Below are positions 63,102-64,000 of a stretch of DNA of 64,000 bases, one piece after another. Made by a program: the position numbers and the translations under genes. Positions within the stretch are counted from its first letter, which is position 1, and each line of letters starts with the position of its first letter. A model generated the notes under the pieces. The model did not search any database, was not told the origin of the DNA, and was given only the letters and a program-made list of their open reading frames with translations. Source of the DNA: Mobula hypostoma (Eukaryota); the NCBI RefSeq assembly GCF_963921235.1, contig NC_086109.1, forward strand, positions 17,052,001-17,116,000, written 5' to 3'.

Positions 63102-63760
63102 GGAGGAGAAGATGGTGACGCGATGCAACACGCGCGGCTGCTCCGAATTGGTATCGTATTTGTTAAGTAGGGTGCCGTGCACAATCCTGATTTGATGGAG
63201 ACGGACGTGAGAAGCATGGAGGAACATCTGGAGAAAACTTCTGAAATACCTGCTTCGCTGTGGCTGCTATTGTGCGATCCAGAATCTCCGGAGGGGAAGA
63301 CCCCAAATCCTCGGCTTTGCCTATCGCCTGTTGCCGGGGCCGGGGTCGAAGCGCTCGGCAGAGATGGTGCTCGGTGTCGGAGGGCTGGTCACAGGCTCGA
63401 AGTTTTTGGACGGACTCAGAGTCGGACTGTGGTTGGGTGCTTCATCGGCAAGTTTGTGGCACTGGAGGTTCATGGCAGGGAGTTTCTCCCTTCAACCATC
63501 TGCGTGAGATGATGGGACTTTCGAGAGACTTTGAGACTTTTTTTTTAACCATGCTCATGGTCTGTTCTTCATCAAATTATGGTATTGCTTTGCACTGTTG
63601 TAACTATATGTTATAACTATGTGGTTTTTGTCAGGTTTTTTTTAGTCTTGGTTTGTCTTGTGTTTCTGTGATATCATTCTGGAGGAACAAATTGTATCAT
63701 TTCTTAATGCATGCATTACTAAATGACAATAAAAGAGGACTGCGTGTCCTCACAATCTAA
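63102..63760 (+). mobile_element. Non-autonomous Rex1-tailed retroposon
   Basis: GC-rich head starting gagaagatggtgacgcg; 3' end taaatgacaataaa...aatctaa resembling the Rex1 tail at 10000. Confidence 0.55.
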
Positions 63761-64000
63761 AAAGAATGTGGGGTGTTTGGGGTGTAGTTTCTCAGGTGAG
63801 GGGACTTGTCGTGTAAATCAGGGTGGAGTCAGTTCCAGTGGATGGGGCAGATGAGATCTACAGTGGGATCCAGTGGCCAGGAAGGTGGTACTGCAATGTT
63901 ACATGGAGAGCAAAAGGCATGACGAGGCACAGAAGACGTCATGCAACCAGGGAAGACTGCAGTTAGTGATGCCTGCTTGTACCACTGCGCCTGGACTTGG

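Noticed and set aside
1..64000. Similar sequence at both window ends as LTRs of one giant element
   Set aside because: The copies are clearly diverged and enclose ordinary host genes; better explained as two dispersed repeats
50420..64000. DSTYK exons expected from human synteny
   Set aside because: No kinase-like exon recognisable in this interval

Overview
Eukaryotic, repeat-rich vertebrate DNA; the repeat set (CR1, Rex1/Babar, V-SINE, Deu-SINE, Penelope remnants) suggests a cartilaginous fish, probably a ray. Two host genes lie on the minus strand in the same order as in human. RBBP5 is complete: 15 coding exons from 50086 to 17825, 1614 nt, 537 aa, all GT-AG, with a CpG-island promoter near 50.0-50.4 kb and a ~3 kb candidate 3'UTR. 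Downstream is a TMEM81 orthologue (sperm Ig-like fertilisation factor) split into two coding exons (10620-10159 and 2337-1996; 267 aa) by a 7.8 kb intron. Most of the rest is transposon-derived, often nested: two long CR1 ORF2 pieces, a decayed Tc1, Tigger/mariner/hAT MITEs, RTE-derived bipartite elements, tRNA-SINEs and a Nimb LINE tail. The most unusual signal is a dispersed family of Penelope-derived elements, often palindromic, that carry minimal type I hammerhead ribozyme motifs (consensus CAGTC-CTGATGA-AGGG..CCC-GAAACGTC-GACTG). Several have 13-14 bp target duplications and breakpoints at or near the predicted cleavage site. All family assignments come from recalled sequence motifs, not database searches.
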